From: an uncultured Clostridia bacterium
GTDB lineage: Bacteria > Bacillota > Clostridia > Oscillospirales > Acutalibacteraceae
Length of the DNA stretch: 64,000 bases
Direction: 5' to 3'
Assembly: GCA_947595635.1 (NCBI GenBank)
Contig: CANQEU010000004.1
Span: forward strand, 186-64,185
The notes beneath the pieces were generated by a model. It made no database searches. It saw only the letters and a program-made list of their open reading frames with translations, and was not told where the DNA came from. A program made the position numbers and the translations under genes. This document shows positions 20,382 through 29,642 of the stretch, piece after piece (the first letter of the stretch is position 1; each line of letters begins with the position of its first letter).

Positions 20382-21326
20382 ATGAGAGAAATAATTATAA
20401 GCAAAAACGATTCGGGACAGCGGCTTGACAAGTTTTTAAGCAAGCGCTTTACTACAATGCCAAAATCAATGATGTATATGTATATTCGCAAAAAATGCGT
20501 CAAGATAAACGGCAAAAAGCCGGATATAAGCACTATTCTGCACGAGGGAGATGTGCTTAAGCTTTTTATAAAGGACGAATTTTTCGACGCTGAGCCGAAA
20601 AGAAAATCCTATGATTTCATAAAAGCGCCTGCCACGCTCGATATTGTCTACGAGGACAAAAACATAATTATCATAAACAAAAAACAGGGCGTTATAGTGC
20701 ATCCAGACGAATCGTATCACTTTGACAGTCTTGTTTCAAGACTGAAGCATTATCTGTATGACAAGGGCGAATATGACCCCGAAGCCGAGCAAAGCTTTTC
20801 GCCGGCTCTCGCAAACAGGCTTGACCGAAATACCGGCGGTCTTGTTATTGGCGCTAAAAACGCAGAGGCTCTGCGCGATTTGAATTCAAAAATCAAAAGC
20901 AGGGAAATAAAAAAGCTTTATCTCTGCGTTGCTCACGGACGCTTTAAATTAAAAGAGGACGAGCTTATATCATATATGGTAAAGGATGAAAAGCACAACA
21001 GAATAAGTGTTTTTAACGAGCCTGTGCCAAACAGCAAATCAATGATTATGAAATACAGAGTTATCGAGGAATATAACGACTCCTCTCTTTTGGAGGTCGA
21101 GCTTGTAACAGGCAGAACGCATCAAATCAGGGCGCAGCTTGCCCACATAGGGCACCCTCTTTGCGGAGATATAAAATACGGCAAAAGGGAAAACGCCGAC
21201 AGCAATTATAAATATCAGGCTCTGTATGCCTATAAGCTTAAATTCACATTCAGCGGAGAAAGTATTTTAAGCTATTTAAACGGCAGGGAATTTGAGCTAA
21301 AGGATGTTAAATTTATTATGAAATAA
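20382..21326 (+). CDS. RluA-family pseudouridine synthase with S4 domain
   Basis: QRLDKFL S4 domain; NRLDRNTGG catalytic Asp; TGRTHQIR; GDIKYG. Confidence 0.92.
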   Translation: MREIIISKNDSGQRLDKFLSKRFTTMPKSMMYMYIRKKCVKINGKKPDISTILHEGDVLKLFIKDEFFDAEPKRKSYDFIKAPATLDIVYEDKNIIIINKKQGVIVHPDESYHFDSLVSRLKHYLYDKGEYDPEAEQSFSPALANRLDRNTGGLVIGAKNAEALRDLNSKIKSREIKKLYLCVAHGRFKLKEDELISYMVKDEKHNRISVFNEPVPNSKSMIMKYRVIEEYNDSSLLEVELVTGRTHQIRAQLAHIGHPLCGDIKYGKRENADSNYKYQALYAYKLKFTFSGESILSYLNGREFELKDVKFIMK

Positions 21327-21327
21327 A

Positions 21328-21370
21328 CCCTCGAAGCGCGTTGCTATCCGTTTGCGCTTCGGGGGATTTT
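21328..21370 (+). terminator. Intrinsic terminator of the rlu gene, overlapping the end of the convergent gene
   Basis: ccctcgaagcgc...gcgcttcggggg followed by attttt. Confidence 0.55.
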
Positions 21371-22342
21371 TGCGCTCATCGCCACTGCAAGGGTGAATTT
21401 CGTTTTGCTCCAGCACACCGATTCATCAAAGCTTTTGTAACAGTCCTCCTCATAAACAGCTCTCCTGCCGCCGTTTGTTTTTACAAGCTCAACGCATATC
21501 GCGCATTTTCCAGTTTCGTGCCTGAACCAATTTTCAAGGCCTCCGCCGTATTTATCAGCGCCGACTGTCACCGGACATAGATAATATCCGCATTCCGTGC
21601 AAAGCGTTTTTGCAAGCTGACGATCCCCGTCTATTCTGCCGTTCGCCTCATCTCTCCAAAACAGACAGTTGCCTGCAATGTGAATATCAAGCAGCCATTC
21701 AAAATCGTTATTTTGGCAAAGCCTGATTATATTTTTCGTTTCCTCCTCACTTGCGGCGGCGCTTCCTTTCATACGCGACTTATCCGAAATGCCGCTCCAA
21801 TAAAAAGGAAAATTCGCGTTTAAATTCACATTGTTCACATTGCATTTAAACGCCTTCACATCGACGCTCTCCATTCCCCTCGGCAGGGCTTTTCCGGCGC
21901 AAATATCCGTTCCGTCGGGATTGCTCATCGGCAGTATGTATAAGGTGTATTCGTTTAACAGCTCGTTGATATTATATTTTCCAAGACAGCCGGTCGAGGA
22001 ATAATAAGCCCTGCAATATTCTTCTATGCTCAGCAGCGCAAAATTAATCGTTATATGCTCTCTCGAATGAATCCCCGCTATGACGCAGCCCTTTTTTTCG
22101 CCTTTTCCAAGCTTTACAAGCGGCACGTCCGCGCCGGTTTCGCTTCTGCCCGCCGAAGAAACAACTATAAGCTCAGGATACGCCCGACTCAACCTCTTCA
22201 AGGCTTCATTAACAAGCGCCGAATCCGGCTGAACGCTCCTGTCTATCAAATATTGAGGTTCGTTTTTACAGCAAAGCAAAGTGCAAATCACAAGCAGCAG
22301 TAACACGCCGGCTGCAATCAGCGCAGCATAAATTTTCTTCAC
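21344..22342 (-). CDS. Exported M14 zinc carboxypeptidase (gamma-D-Glu-mDAP peptidase-like)
   Basis: Hydrophobic N-terminus; GIHSRE (HxxE), PMSNPDG, NLNANFP, LDIH, CVEL. Confidence 0.8.
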   Translation of the reverse strand: MKKIYAALIAAGVLLLLVICTLLCCKNEPQYLIDRSVQPDSALVNEALKRLSRAYPELIVVSSAGRSETGADVPLVKLGKGEKKGCVIAGIHSREHITINFALLSIEEYCRAYYSSTGCLGKYNINELLNEYTLYILPMSNPDGTDICAGKALPRGMESVDVKAFKCNVNNVNLNANFPFYWSGISDKSRMKGSAAASEEETKNIIRLCQNNDFEWLLDIHIAGNCLFWRDEANGRIDGDRQLAKTLCTECGYYLCPVTVGADKYGGGLENWFRHETGKCAICVELVKTNGGRRAVYEEDCYKSFDESVCWSKTKFTLAVAMSAKIPRSANG

Positions 22343-22432
22343 CTCTCACCCTCCTTAAAGCTTTATTTTATCTCTATGATTAATGTATTCTTTTATTCTG
22401 ATTTTTTAATCTCAAAAAGTTTTAAAAAGTAC

Positions 22433-22486
22433 TTGACAAATGATTAAAATTATAATAAGCTATTTGTAGTATTCGTATTAGTACAA
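22433..22486 (+). promoter_or_regulatory. SigA promoter plus YtrA-type operator
   Basis: TTGACA-17-TAAGCT; inverted repeat TTGTA-N13-TACAA at 22464-22486, same architecture as the YtrA operator. Confidence 0.65.
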
Positions 22487-22520
22487 TAATGCAAGCAAAA
22501 AAACAGAAAGGAGTGCTTTA

Positions 22521-22898
22521 ATGTTCTCGCTTAATTTTGAAAGCCACGTCCCCATATACGAGCAGCTTTATAATAATGTGGTAAAGCTGATCGCCATCGG
22601 CGTGCTTAAGGCAGACGATCGCCTGCCGACGGTTCGGGCGATGGCAAAGGAGCTTGGCGTAAACCCAAATACTGTCGCAAAATCATATCAAATGCTTGAA
22701 CGTGACGGTGTTATTTACTCATTCATCGGCAAGGGCTCTTTTGTTTCCGGAAGCCGCTCTTCTGATGATTTAAAGCTTGCGGCGGCCAGAAAGGAGCTTG
22801 CGGCGGCTGTTGACAAGACTGTCGAGCTTGGTATGACAATGGACGACATAATTGAAATTATTAAGGATTATTTTAAAGAGGGAGGAAGCATAAAATGA
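22521..22898 (+). CDS. GntR family regulator, YtrA subfamily
   Basis: PIYEQL, LPTVRAMAKELGVNPNTVAKSY, GKGSFV; short C-terminus; precedes an ABC transporter. Confidence 0.92.
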   Translation: MFSLNFESHVPIYEQLYNNVVKLIAIGVLKADDRLPTVRAMAKELGVNPNTVAKSYQMLERDGVIYSFIGKGSFVSGSRSSDDLKLAAARKELAAAVDKTVELGMTMDDIIEIIKDYFKEGGSIK

Positions 22899-23791
22899 TA
22901 GGACTTTATCACGTCACAAAAAAATTCGGCAAGCTTGCCGCGCTCGACGATATATCGCTGAAGCTTGAAAACGGAAATATCCTTGGTCTTGTGGGGTCGA
23001 ACGGTTCGGGAAAATCCACAATGCTGAGAATTATCGGAGGAGTTTTTGAAGCCGACAGCGGAAACGTCCTCATAGACGGCGAAGAAAATTTTGAAAACGA
23101 AAAAGCAAAGAATAAAATATTTTTTGTAAGCGATTATCCATACTTTTATAATGATTCAACAATTAAAAATACAGCAGATCTTTACAGGAGCCTGTATAAA
23201 AGCTGGGACGAGCAAAAATTTCAAAAGCTTTGCTCTATGTTCCCAATCAACACAAAGGCGAGAATCGTCAATATGTCAAAGGGTATGCAGCGTCAGGCGG
23301 CGCTTATACTCGCGCTTAGCTGCCGCCCGAAATACCTTTTGCTTGACGAAATATTCGACGGTCTTGACCCCGTGGTGAGAATGCTTGTAAAAAAGCTTAT
23401 TATTGACGATGTTACAGAGGGTATGAGCGTTATAATCGCTTCTCACAATCTGAGAGAGCTTGAAGATTTCTGCGACCATATCGCTCTGCTGCATCACGGC
23501 AAGATTATCTATGCAAGCGAGCTTGACTATGCAAAAATGAGCATCAGTAAAATTCAGGCAGCTTTTTCAGCTCCGCCGACGGTTCAGGATATGGAGCAGT
23601 TTGAAATTTTAAGCTCAAGTATGCGCGGTCAGCTTTATAAGCTGATAATAAGAGGAAGTCAGGACGAAATTCTTGAGCGTATGCGCTCGCTCAATCCTGT
23701 ATTTATAGAAGCGCTTCCTCTTACACTTGAAGAGATTTTTATTTATGAAATGGAGGGAGCAGGCTATGACGTCAGCAACATCATCGAATAA
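22895..23791 (+). CDS. ABC transporter ATP-binding protein (YtrB-like)
   Basis: GSNGSGKST, signature MSKGM, LLLDE, ASH. Confidence 0.92.
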   Translation: MIGLYHVTKKFGKLAALDDISLKLENGNILGLVGSNGSGKSTMLRIIGGVFEADSGNVLIDGEENFENEKAKNKIFFVSDYPYFYNDSTIKNTADLYRSLYKSWDEQKFQKLCSMFPINTKARIVNMSKGMQRQAALILALSCRPKYLLLDEIFDGLDPVVRMLVKKLIIDDVTEGMSVIIASHNLRELEDFCDHIALLHHGKIIYASELDYAKMSISKIQAAFSAPPTVQDMEQFEILSSSMRGQLYKLIIRGSQDEILERMRSLNPVFIEALPLTLEEIFIYEMEGAGYDVSNIIE

Positions 23792-26375
23792 TCTGAAATA
23801 CAAAAATTCCTTTTTATCGGTTTTCATTTGGACCATTAAAAAACACAAGGCTTTAGCTATCATATATTCATCTCTGCTTATTTTTTCATGTCCGGTAATC
23901 TCGCTTCTTACTAATATGTCGGTAGGCACAATGAACAGCCCCGTAATTCCGGCAACCTTCGCAATTGTTACCACTACGGTCGCTATGGTTATGAGCATTA
24001 TAGTGCCGGTTATGCTGTTAGACTATATGCACAACAAGCGCAAAGCAGATATTTTCGGCGCTATGCCTATAACAAGGAGAAAGCTCTTTTTCTCACGCTA
24101 TCTTGCAGGTCTTGCAATTCTGATCGTCCCCTATCTGATAAACGGATTAATCTCCATTCTTCTCTCCCTGCCATGTGTGATAAATTCCTTTTATTCGCCG
24201 ACCTTTATAACAAACATCGTTATAATAATGCTCTTCGCAATTACCGCCTCTTATTCGTTCACTTCGTTTATCGCGGTGTGCAGCGGAACAACGGCAAACG
24301 CTGTTTTATGTACGATTTTTATAAACCTTGCCTATCCTATGGCATTTAATCTGCTTTCGTTCTTCAGCTCATCTATTATCCCCGGCGTAAATATTCAGTT
24401 TTGGGGAAGCAAGTTTTTCTCCAATTTCCTCGCGCCTCTTATTTCCCCCTACGAAAACATCGTTGAAATGTTTTTTAACACTATAAACCACTCCTATATG
24501 CCTAATTTATTCTCGAGCGCGGCAAACATTGCGCTTATCATATGCTCGCTTGTAATGTGCTTTTTCTTCACGAAAAAAAGAAAAACCGAGGCTGCGCAAA
24601 ATTCGTTTGCATACAAGGCTCCCGGCGTTATTATAAGCCTTATCGTCACGGCGGCGTGCGGTATGTTTGTCGCTTTAATTTGCAGCGTGCTCGCAACGTC
24701 GCCCTACAACGAAAACGGCAGCGCCGCCGTAACGTCGCCGTGGTTAGTCTTTGCGATATTTATTATCGCGTTTATAATAACGGCGTTTTTCGCTCATATT
24801 GTCGTAACGGTGATATACAACAAGGGCTTTACTGGATTTTTAAAATCTTTGATTTGCTATGTGCTTGTTGCCGTATTTATCTCGGGAATTTACACCACCT
24901 TAGCCTTCGGATGCTTTGGCATGGACAAATATGTTCCCTCCGACGACGAGATAAAAAGCGCAAATTTGACATTTTTCGACAACGAAAGCGGATACAGCTA
25001 CGGATTCGGATCATTGGGCTTTGAAATATTTTCCGCTTTTCTCGGCAACAGCTTTGACATTGAATTTTACGGACACCCTATCAGCGCGTTAAGTAAAGAG
25101 GATATAGGCTCTATAACGGATATACACAGAGAAATAATCGACAGTATTTCAAAAAGCAAGACTCCGCCTTATCATATTTATACTATAGCCGACAGCTCAA
25201 TGAGTGTGTCATACAGCGATGATATGACTCGCGATGTCGGAAGAATAGTCATAAATTATGAGCTTAAAAACGGCTCCAAGGTTGAAAGAAACTACAATTA
25301 CTCCGACGTAAAAAACTGCTCTTACTTAATGAGTAAACTATTGACGCTCAAAGAGCATTCTACCAAAAACAATTTAGCACAGCTTCAAAACCTTTTGTCC
25401 GAAAAGAAAATTGAAATAACCTCAGCAGTCCTAAATGGCGTTTCAAAAATAAATATCGACAAGCAAAAAATAAAGGACGAGTTTATTTCTGCCTTCTTAA
25501 GCGATTTTAATTCGGTTAAAAAATATGAATACACCGCAGACGCAATAGATATTAACATTAATTACTGCGACAAGGACTCAGAAGCCAAGCACAGCATTTC
25601 CGCGTTTATCCCGAAGGGCTTTAATAATACTATCAAGATGCTTGAGCAGTACGGATACGCCGCTTCTTTAGGTCAAGACATATCCTCCCTGTCGAATAAA
25701 CATTATGAGTATTTTGAGCTTCCCGAAAATATAAGCAATGTTAATCTTAAAGATAATACCGTTAATTTAACATCAAATCAGAACTCCTATATGAATTACA
25801 AATATATTAATTTTACCTCAATAACATATTATCTTGATAATAATATTATTTATGCCGATGATGAGTACATTTACGACGATTCAACCGATTTGGAAGAAGA
25901 TGAGGACGATGCGGATTACGAGGACGACGATTTTATATATACGGACGAAACCTCAAAGCCGTTGGTGGACGCATACAGAAAAGATAAGCTCTACTGTAGG
26001 GTAGTATATTCAGACAAAAGCGGAAACCTCTATTATTACGATGAGAAATTCTCTGATTTTGAGAAATATGCAAATATAGAGGACAAACTGAAAGCTTTGA
26101 ATGATGACAGCATTAAATACAACATATACAACAGCGACATCAGCTACATGAAAATCCCGTTGCTTAGAGATAAAAACGACGCAAATAAAATTTATACTCC
26201 AAGCATATTACAGCTATACACCGACGACGAGAAAGTAATCACTCAGCCGTTAAATATAGATATGTTCAACGGTGATGAGAATTACGGAGGGGCTAACGAA
26301 TCGCAAATCTATATTGACACAACCTACTTATTAAAGAAAAACGGCAAAACATATATTGATATGTATGGGCCATAA
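23766..26375 (+). CDS. ABC exporter permease with large C-terminal extramembrane region
   Basis: About 10 hydrophobic segments in the first ~390 aa, then a long soluble region with an acidic linker; start moved to ATG 23766 after GGAG. Confidence 0.8.
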   Translation: MTSATSSNNLKYKNSFLSVFIWTIKKHKALAIIYSSLLIFSCPVISLLTNMSVGTMNSPVIPATFAIVTTTVAMVMSIIVPVMLLDYMHNKRKADIFGAMPITRRKLFFSRYLAGLAILIVPYLINGLISILLSLPCVINSFYSPTFITNIVIIMLFAITASYSFTSFIAVCSGTTANAVLCTIFINLAYPMAFNLLSFFSSSIIPGVNIQFWGSKFFSNFLAPLISPYENIVEMFFNTINHSYMPNLFSSAANIALIICSLVMCFFFTKKRKTEAAQNSFAYKAPGVIISLIVTAACGMFVALICSVLATSPYNENGSAAVTSPWLVFAIFIIAFIITAFFAHIVVTVIYNKGFTGFLKSLICYVLVAVFISGIYTTLAFGCFGMDKYVPSDDEIKSANLTFFDNESGYSYGFGSLGFEIFSAFLGNSFDIEFYGHPISALSKEDIGSITDIHREIIDSISKSKTPPYHIYTIADSSMSVSYSDDMTRDVGRIVINYELKNGSKVERNYNYSDVKNCSYLMSKLLTLKEHSTKNNLAQLQNLLSEKKIEITSAVLNGVSKINIDKQKIKDEFISAFLSDFNSVKKYEYTADAIDININYCDKDSEAKHSISAFIPKGFNNTIKMLEQYGYAASLGQDISSLSNKHYEYFELPENISNVNLKDNTVNLTSNQNSYMNYKYINFTSITYYLDNNIIYADDEYIYDDSTDLEEDEDDADYEDDDFIYTDETSKPLVDAYRKDKLYCRVVYSDKSGNLYYYDEKFSDFEKYANIEDKLKALNDDSIKYNIYNSDISYMKIPLLRDKNDANKIYTPSILQLYTDDEKVITQPLNIDMFNGDENYGGANESQIYIDTTYLLKKNGKTYIDMYGP

Positions 26376-26407
26376 AAAGCTTACAAGTTACTTTACATTA
26401 TCACATC

Positions 26408-26446
26408 GAGGCGAAGCGGCTGCACTTCGCCTCGACCCTTTTTTGT
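26408..26446 (+). terminator. Intrinsic terminator
   Basis: tcgaggcgaag/cttcgcctcga stem followed by ccctttttt. Confidence 0.7.
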
Positions 26447-26567
26447 ATAAAGATGCAAGCAGTTTCTTTTTTGAAACATCTGCCGTATAAATAATTGATA
26501 TGCCGATTCTCTTATTGACCGAAATATAAATAAAGCGTAAAATTTTAAACAAGAACGAGGTGATTAT

Positions 26568-27809
26568 ATGTCTTTTGAAATTATTTTCGCGATTGCTTCA
26601 ATAGTTTCTATATTGATTCTTGGCGCTGCGCTTTTTCTGTGTTTGAAAAAATACAGCGGCTCAAGCAATGCCTTTGAGTCAAAGCTTGAGGGTAAAATAG
26701 ACGCTATATCAAAAAGCAACAGCGAGCTTAGAAACGAGCTTTCAAATATTGTTCAGGGAAGCATAGCCAATATGGGAAAAATACTTTCACAAACACAGCA
26801 AAACGGAAACGCGGCGATTGAGGAAAGACTTAAAAGCTTTTCGCTTGAAAACGAGCAAAAGCTTGAAAACATAAGGAAGACGGTTGAAACAAGGCTTAAT
26901 AATATTCAAAAGGAAAATTCAGCCGCTCTTGAAAGCATGAGAAAAACAGTTGACGAAAAGCTGCAAAAAACCCTTGAGGAACGAATTTCACATTCGTTTG
27001 AGCTTGTAAGCACAAGGCTTGAGGAGGTTTACAAGGGACTGGGCGAAATGCAAAATCTTGCAAGCGGAGTAGGCGATTTAAAAAAGGTTCTCTCAAACGT
27101 AAAAAGCCGAGGCATTATTGGCGAAATTCAGCTTGGCGCAATTTTGAGAGAGGTGCTGTCGGCTGAACAGTTTGATGAAAACGTCGCGACAAAGAGCGGC
27201 AGCTCAAACAGAGTTGAATTTGCCGTAAAGCTGCCGGCTGACAGCGACGGCTTTATATATCTGCCGATAGACTCAAAGTTCCCCGGCGACACATACGCAG
27301 CGCTTTGCGACGCCTATGACAGCGGCGACCGAACGTCTGTTGAAGCGGCAAGAAAGCAGCTTAGAACCACGCTTATGCAGGAGGCTAAGGACATTAGCTC
27401 AAAATACATAGACCCGCCCAACACGACCGATTTTGCGATTATGTTTCTCCCCTTTGAGGGGCTTTACGCCGAGGTCGTAAACATCGGGCTTGTAGAGGAG
27501 CTTCAAAGCAAATACAGGGTCAATATTTCGGGGCCGAGCACAATGGCGGCGCTTTTAAACAGCCTGCAAATGGGCTTTAGAACGCTTGCCGTGCAAAAGC
27601 AGAGCACCGAGGTTTGGAAAATTCTTGAGGAGGTAAGAAACGAGTTTAACACATTCGCAAAAGCGCTTTCCGACGCTCAGGATAAAATTCGCAGAGCCGA
27701 CGACGACATTGAAAAGCTTATCGGAACAAGAACAAGGCAGATGAAAAGACGGCTTGAAAAAATCACAACCCTCGAAGGCTACGGTAAAAGCATTGAAGCA
27801 AAAAAATAA
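26568..27809 (+). CDS. rmuC: DNA recombination protein RmuC
   Basis: N-terminal TM, coiled coil, RGIIGEIQL, LPIDSKFP, TTDFAIMFLPFEGLYAE. Confidence 0.93.
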   Translation: MSFEIIFAIASIVSILILGAALFLCLKKYSGSSNAFESKLEGKIDAISKSNSELRNELSNIVQGSIANMGKILSQTQQNGNAAIEERLKSFSLENEQKLENIRKTVETRLNNIQKENSAALESMRKTVDEKLQKTLEERISHSFELVSTRLEEVYKGLGEMQNLASGVGDLKKVLSNVKSRGIIGEIQLGAILREVLSAEQFDENVATKSGSSNRVEFAVKLPADSDGFIYLPIDSKFPGDTYAALCDAYDSGDRTSVEAARKQLRTTLMQEAKDISSKYIDPPNTTDFAIMFLPFEGLYAEVVNIGLVEELQSKYRVNISGPSTMAALLNSLQMGFRTLAVQKQSTEVWKILEEVRNEFNTFAKALSDAQDKIRRADDDIEKLIGTRTRQMKRRLEKITTLEGYGKSIEAKK

Positions 27810-27836
27810 ATTTGAGCAAATAAAAAATGAATAAAT

Positions 27837-27887
27837 GAATTAACCCCCTTTTTAAGGCAATACTTTTAGTACAAGCCTTAAAGGGGG
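27837..27887 (+). promoter_or_regulatory. SigF/SigG-type promoter and RBS-overlapping inverted repeat upstream of sigG
   Basis: GAATT-N14-GGCAATACTT; arms ccccctttttaaggc (27844-27858) and gccttaaaggggg (27875-27887). Confidence 0.55.
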
Positions 27888-27893
27888 ATTTTT

Positions 27894-28679
27894 GTGCAGT
27901 ACAAAAAGGTTGAAATATGCGGCGTAAACACAAGCAAAATCAAGGTTCTTAAAGAGGACGAAAAGAGAGCGCTGCTCAAAATCATAAGCAGCGGCTCAAA
28001 GTCCGAACGCGCAAAGGCAAGGGAGGAAATGATAAACGGTAACCTGCGCCTTGTCCTCAGCGTAATTCAGCGCTTTACAAACCGCGGGGAAAATCTTGAC
28101 GATTTATTTCAGGTCGGCTGCATTGGTCTTATAAAGGCTATCGACAATTTTAACTGCGAGCTTGATGTAAGATTCAGCACATATGCAGTACCCATGATAA
28201 TAGGCGAGGTCAGGCGCTATTTGAGAGATCACAATTTTATTAGGGTCAGCCGAAGCATTCGTGACACTGCATACAGGGCAATGCAGGTTAAGGAACAGCT
28301 TACAAACAAAAACAACAGAGAGCCTACTGTCGAGGAGATAGCAAAGGAGCTTGACACAAGCAAGGAAAACGTCGTGCTTGCGCTTGAAGCCGTTGTTGAG
28401 CCGGTATCGCTTTATGAGCCGGTATTCTCGGACGGCAGCGACACCATATGCGTTATGGATCAAATCGGCGACAACAACGACGACAACAACTGGCTTGACG
28501 AAATCTCTATAAAGCAGGCGCTCAACGATTTGTCCGAGAGAGAAAAAACAATAATAGGTTTAAGATTTTTCAAGGGAAAAACTCAGATGGAGGTCGCCTC
28601 CGAAATAGGAATATCGCAGGCTCAGGTCAGCCGCATTGAAAAGGGCGCTCTTGCGAGGATAAAAAACTCGACCGCCTGA
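27894..28679 (+). CDS. sigG: Forespore sigma factor SigG
   Basis: KVEICGVNTSKIKVL N-terminus typical of SigG; DLFQVGCIGLIKAIDNF; GKTQMEVASEIGISQAQVSR; GTG start. Confidence 0.93.
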   Translation: MQYKKVEICGVNTSKIKVLKEDEKRALLKIISSGSKSERAKAREEMINGNLRLVLSVIQRFTNRGENLDDLFQVGCIGLIKAIDNFNCELDVRFSTYAVPMIIGEVRRYLRDHNFIRVSRSIRDTAYRAMQVKEQLTNKNNREPTVEEIAKELDTSKENVVLALEAVVEPVSLYEPVFSDGSDTICVMDQIGDNNDDNNWLDEISIKQALNDLSEREKTIIGLRFFKGKTQMEVASEIGISQAQVSRIEKGALARIKNSTA

Positions 28680-28704
28680 AAAAAGTAACAGATAAAGGCA
28701 TAAA

Positions 28705-28734
28705 AACGGCTGACAATTGATTTTGTCAGCCGTT
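28705..28734 (+). terminator. Hairpin after sigG
   Basis: aacggctgacaa/ttgtcagccgtt 12-bp stem. Confidence 0.6.
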
Positions 28735-28767
28735 AAAGTTTCTCAAAAAGTATTTTTGCCTATGTTG

Positions 28768-29202
28768 CCTTGAACCGCAGTCAGCGCCGCTGCGCAGCGG
28801 GACTGCTGCTTAAGTGTTTATTTTTGCAGGAGAAAGTGGGGTTACGGGGGAGCGACAGCTCCCCCGTTTAAAATCCAACTTAAAAGCAGCGGCGTTATCG
28901 GCGCAAGCCGGTCTGCCTGCGGTCATAGAAATATAAAACAAAGTGTTTTTGCTTTGAAAAATAAGATTTATAATTTCACTTTGCCCTCGTGCCGGGCAGG
29001 TTTCTTTAATAAAAAACTTTTTTGATTTTTATTTTCTTAAAATCATTTTTTATTAGCAATAAAACACTATAATTCGCTTGCAATCTTTGGCAGACTTTGG
29101 GGTTGCAAGGGGCTTGCCCCCTTGCATAATAAATAAATATTAAAGCAGCAGCGTTACCGGCGCAAGTCGGTAACGCTGCGGTCATAGTCTGCCTGCGGTC
29201 AA
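28768..29202 (-). repeat. Mosaic palindromic repeat locus R2 (minus-strand order B, C, spacer, B, D, half A)
   Basis: Reverse-complement copies of the modules at 57.4-58.2 and 63.7-64.0 kb. Confidence 0.9.
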
Positions 29203-29216
29203 CGCTGCAAAAGAAT

Positions 29217-29405
29217 CTATTTTTTCTTGCCAAGAATTACAACAATGGCTACAACGATTGCGGACGCGGCAAGTATGCCGACTATCAGCAGCACATTCGT
29301 TTCATCGCCCGATTGCACTAACCCTCCTGCGGCGGAAGCAGATACGGCAGCCGCAAAGGAAGAAAACAGAGCAAGGATAGAAAACATTAAAGCTTTAAAC
29401 TTCAT
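29217..29405 (-). CDS. 62-aa protein: signal peptide plus sortase-like C-terminal sorting signal
   Basis: GGAGG RBS; MKFK-hydrophobic-ASA signal; VQSGD motif, TM helix, KKK tail. Confidence 0.75.
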   Translation of the reverse strand: MKFKALMFSILALFSSFAAAVSASAAGGLVQSGDETNVLLIVGILAASAIVVAIVVILGKKK

Positions 29406-29508
29406 TTTTATACCTCCGTATGTTCTTGTTATATATATTTTAATTCATATTTTAAGCGCCGGATTTTAAACTCCGGCAATTACATATTTACACAAATTTT
29501 AAGGCTGA

Positions 29509-29537
29509 TTGACAAAATACAACAAATTAATTAGAAT
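29509..29537 (+). promoter_or_regulatory. SigA promoter of mntP
   Basis: TTGACA-17-TAGAAT, leaving a ~100-nt leader. Confidence 0.7.
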
Positions 29538-29642
29538 AGTATTCGCTCATTAATATTACACGTTCGCATACGGCAAATAGCTTAATGCAACGGCTGTAAT
29601 CGCCGCACGCTCATGCAAGCGGCGCTGCGGCTTTAAGAGAGG

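Noticed and set aside
29538-29642. Canonical yybP-ykoY riboswitch call
   Set aside because: Expected from context, but the conserved motifs are not recognisable; kept only as a finding
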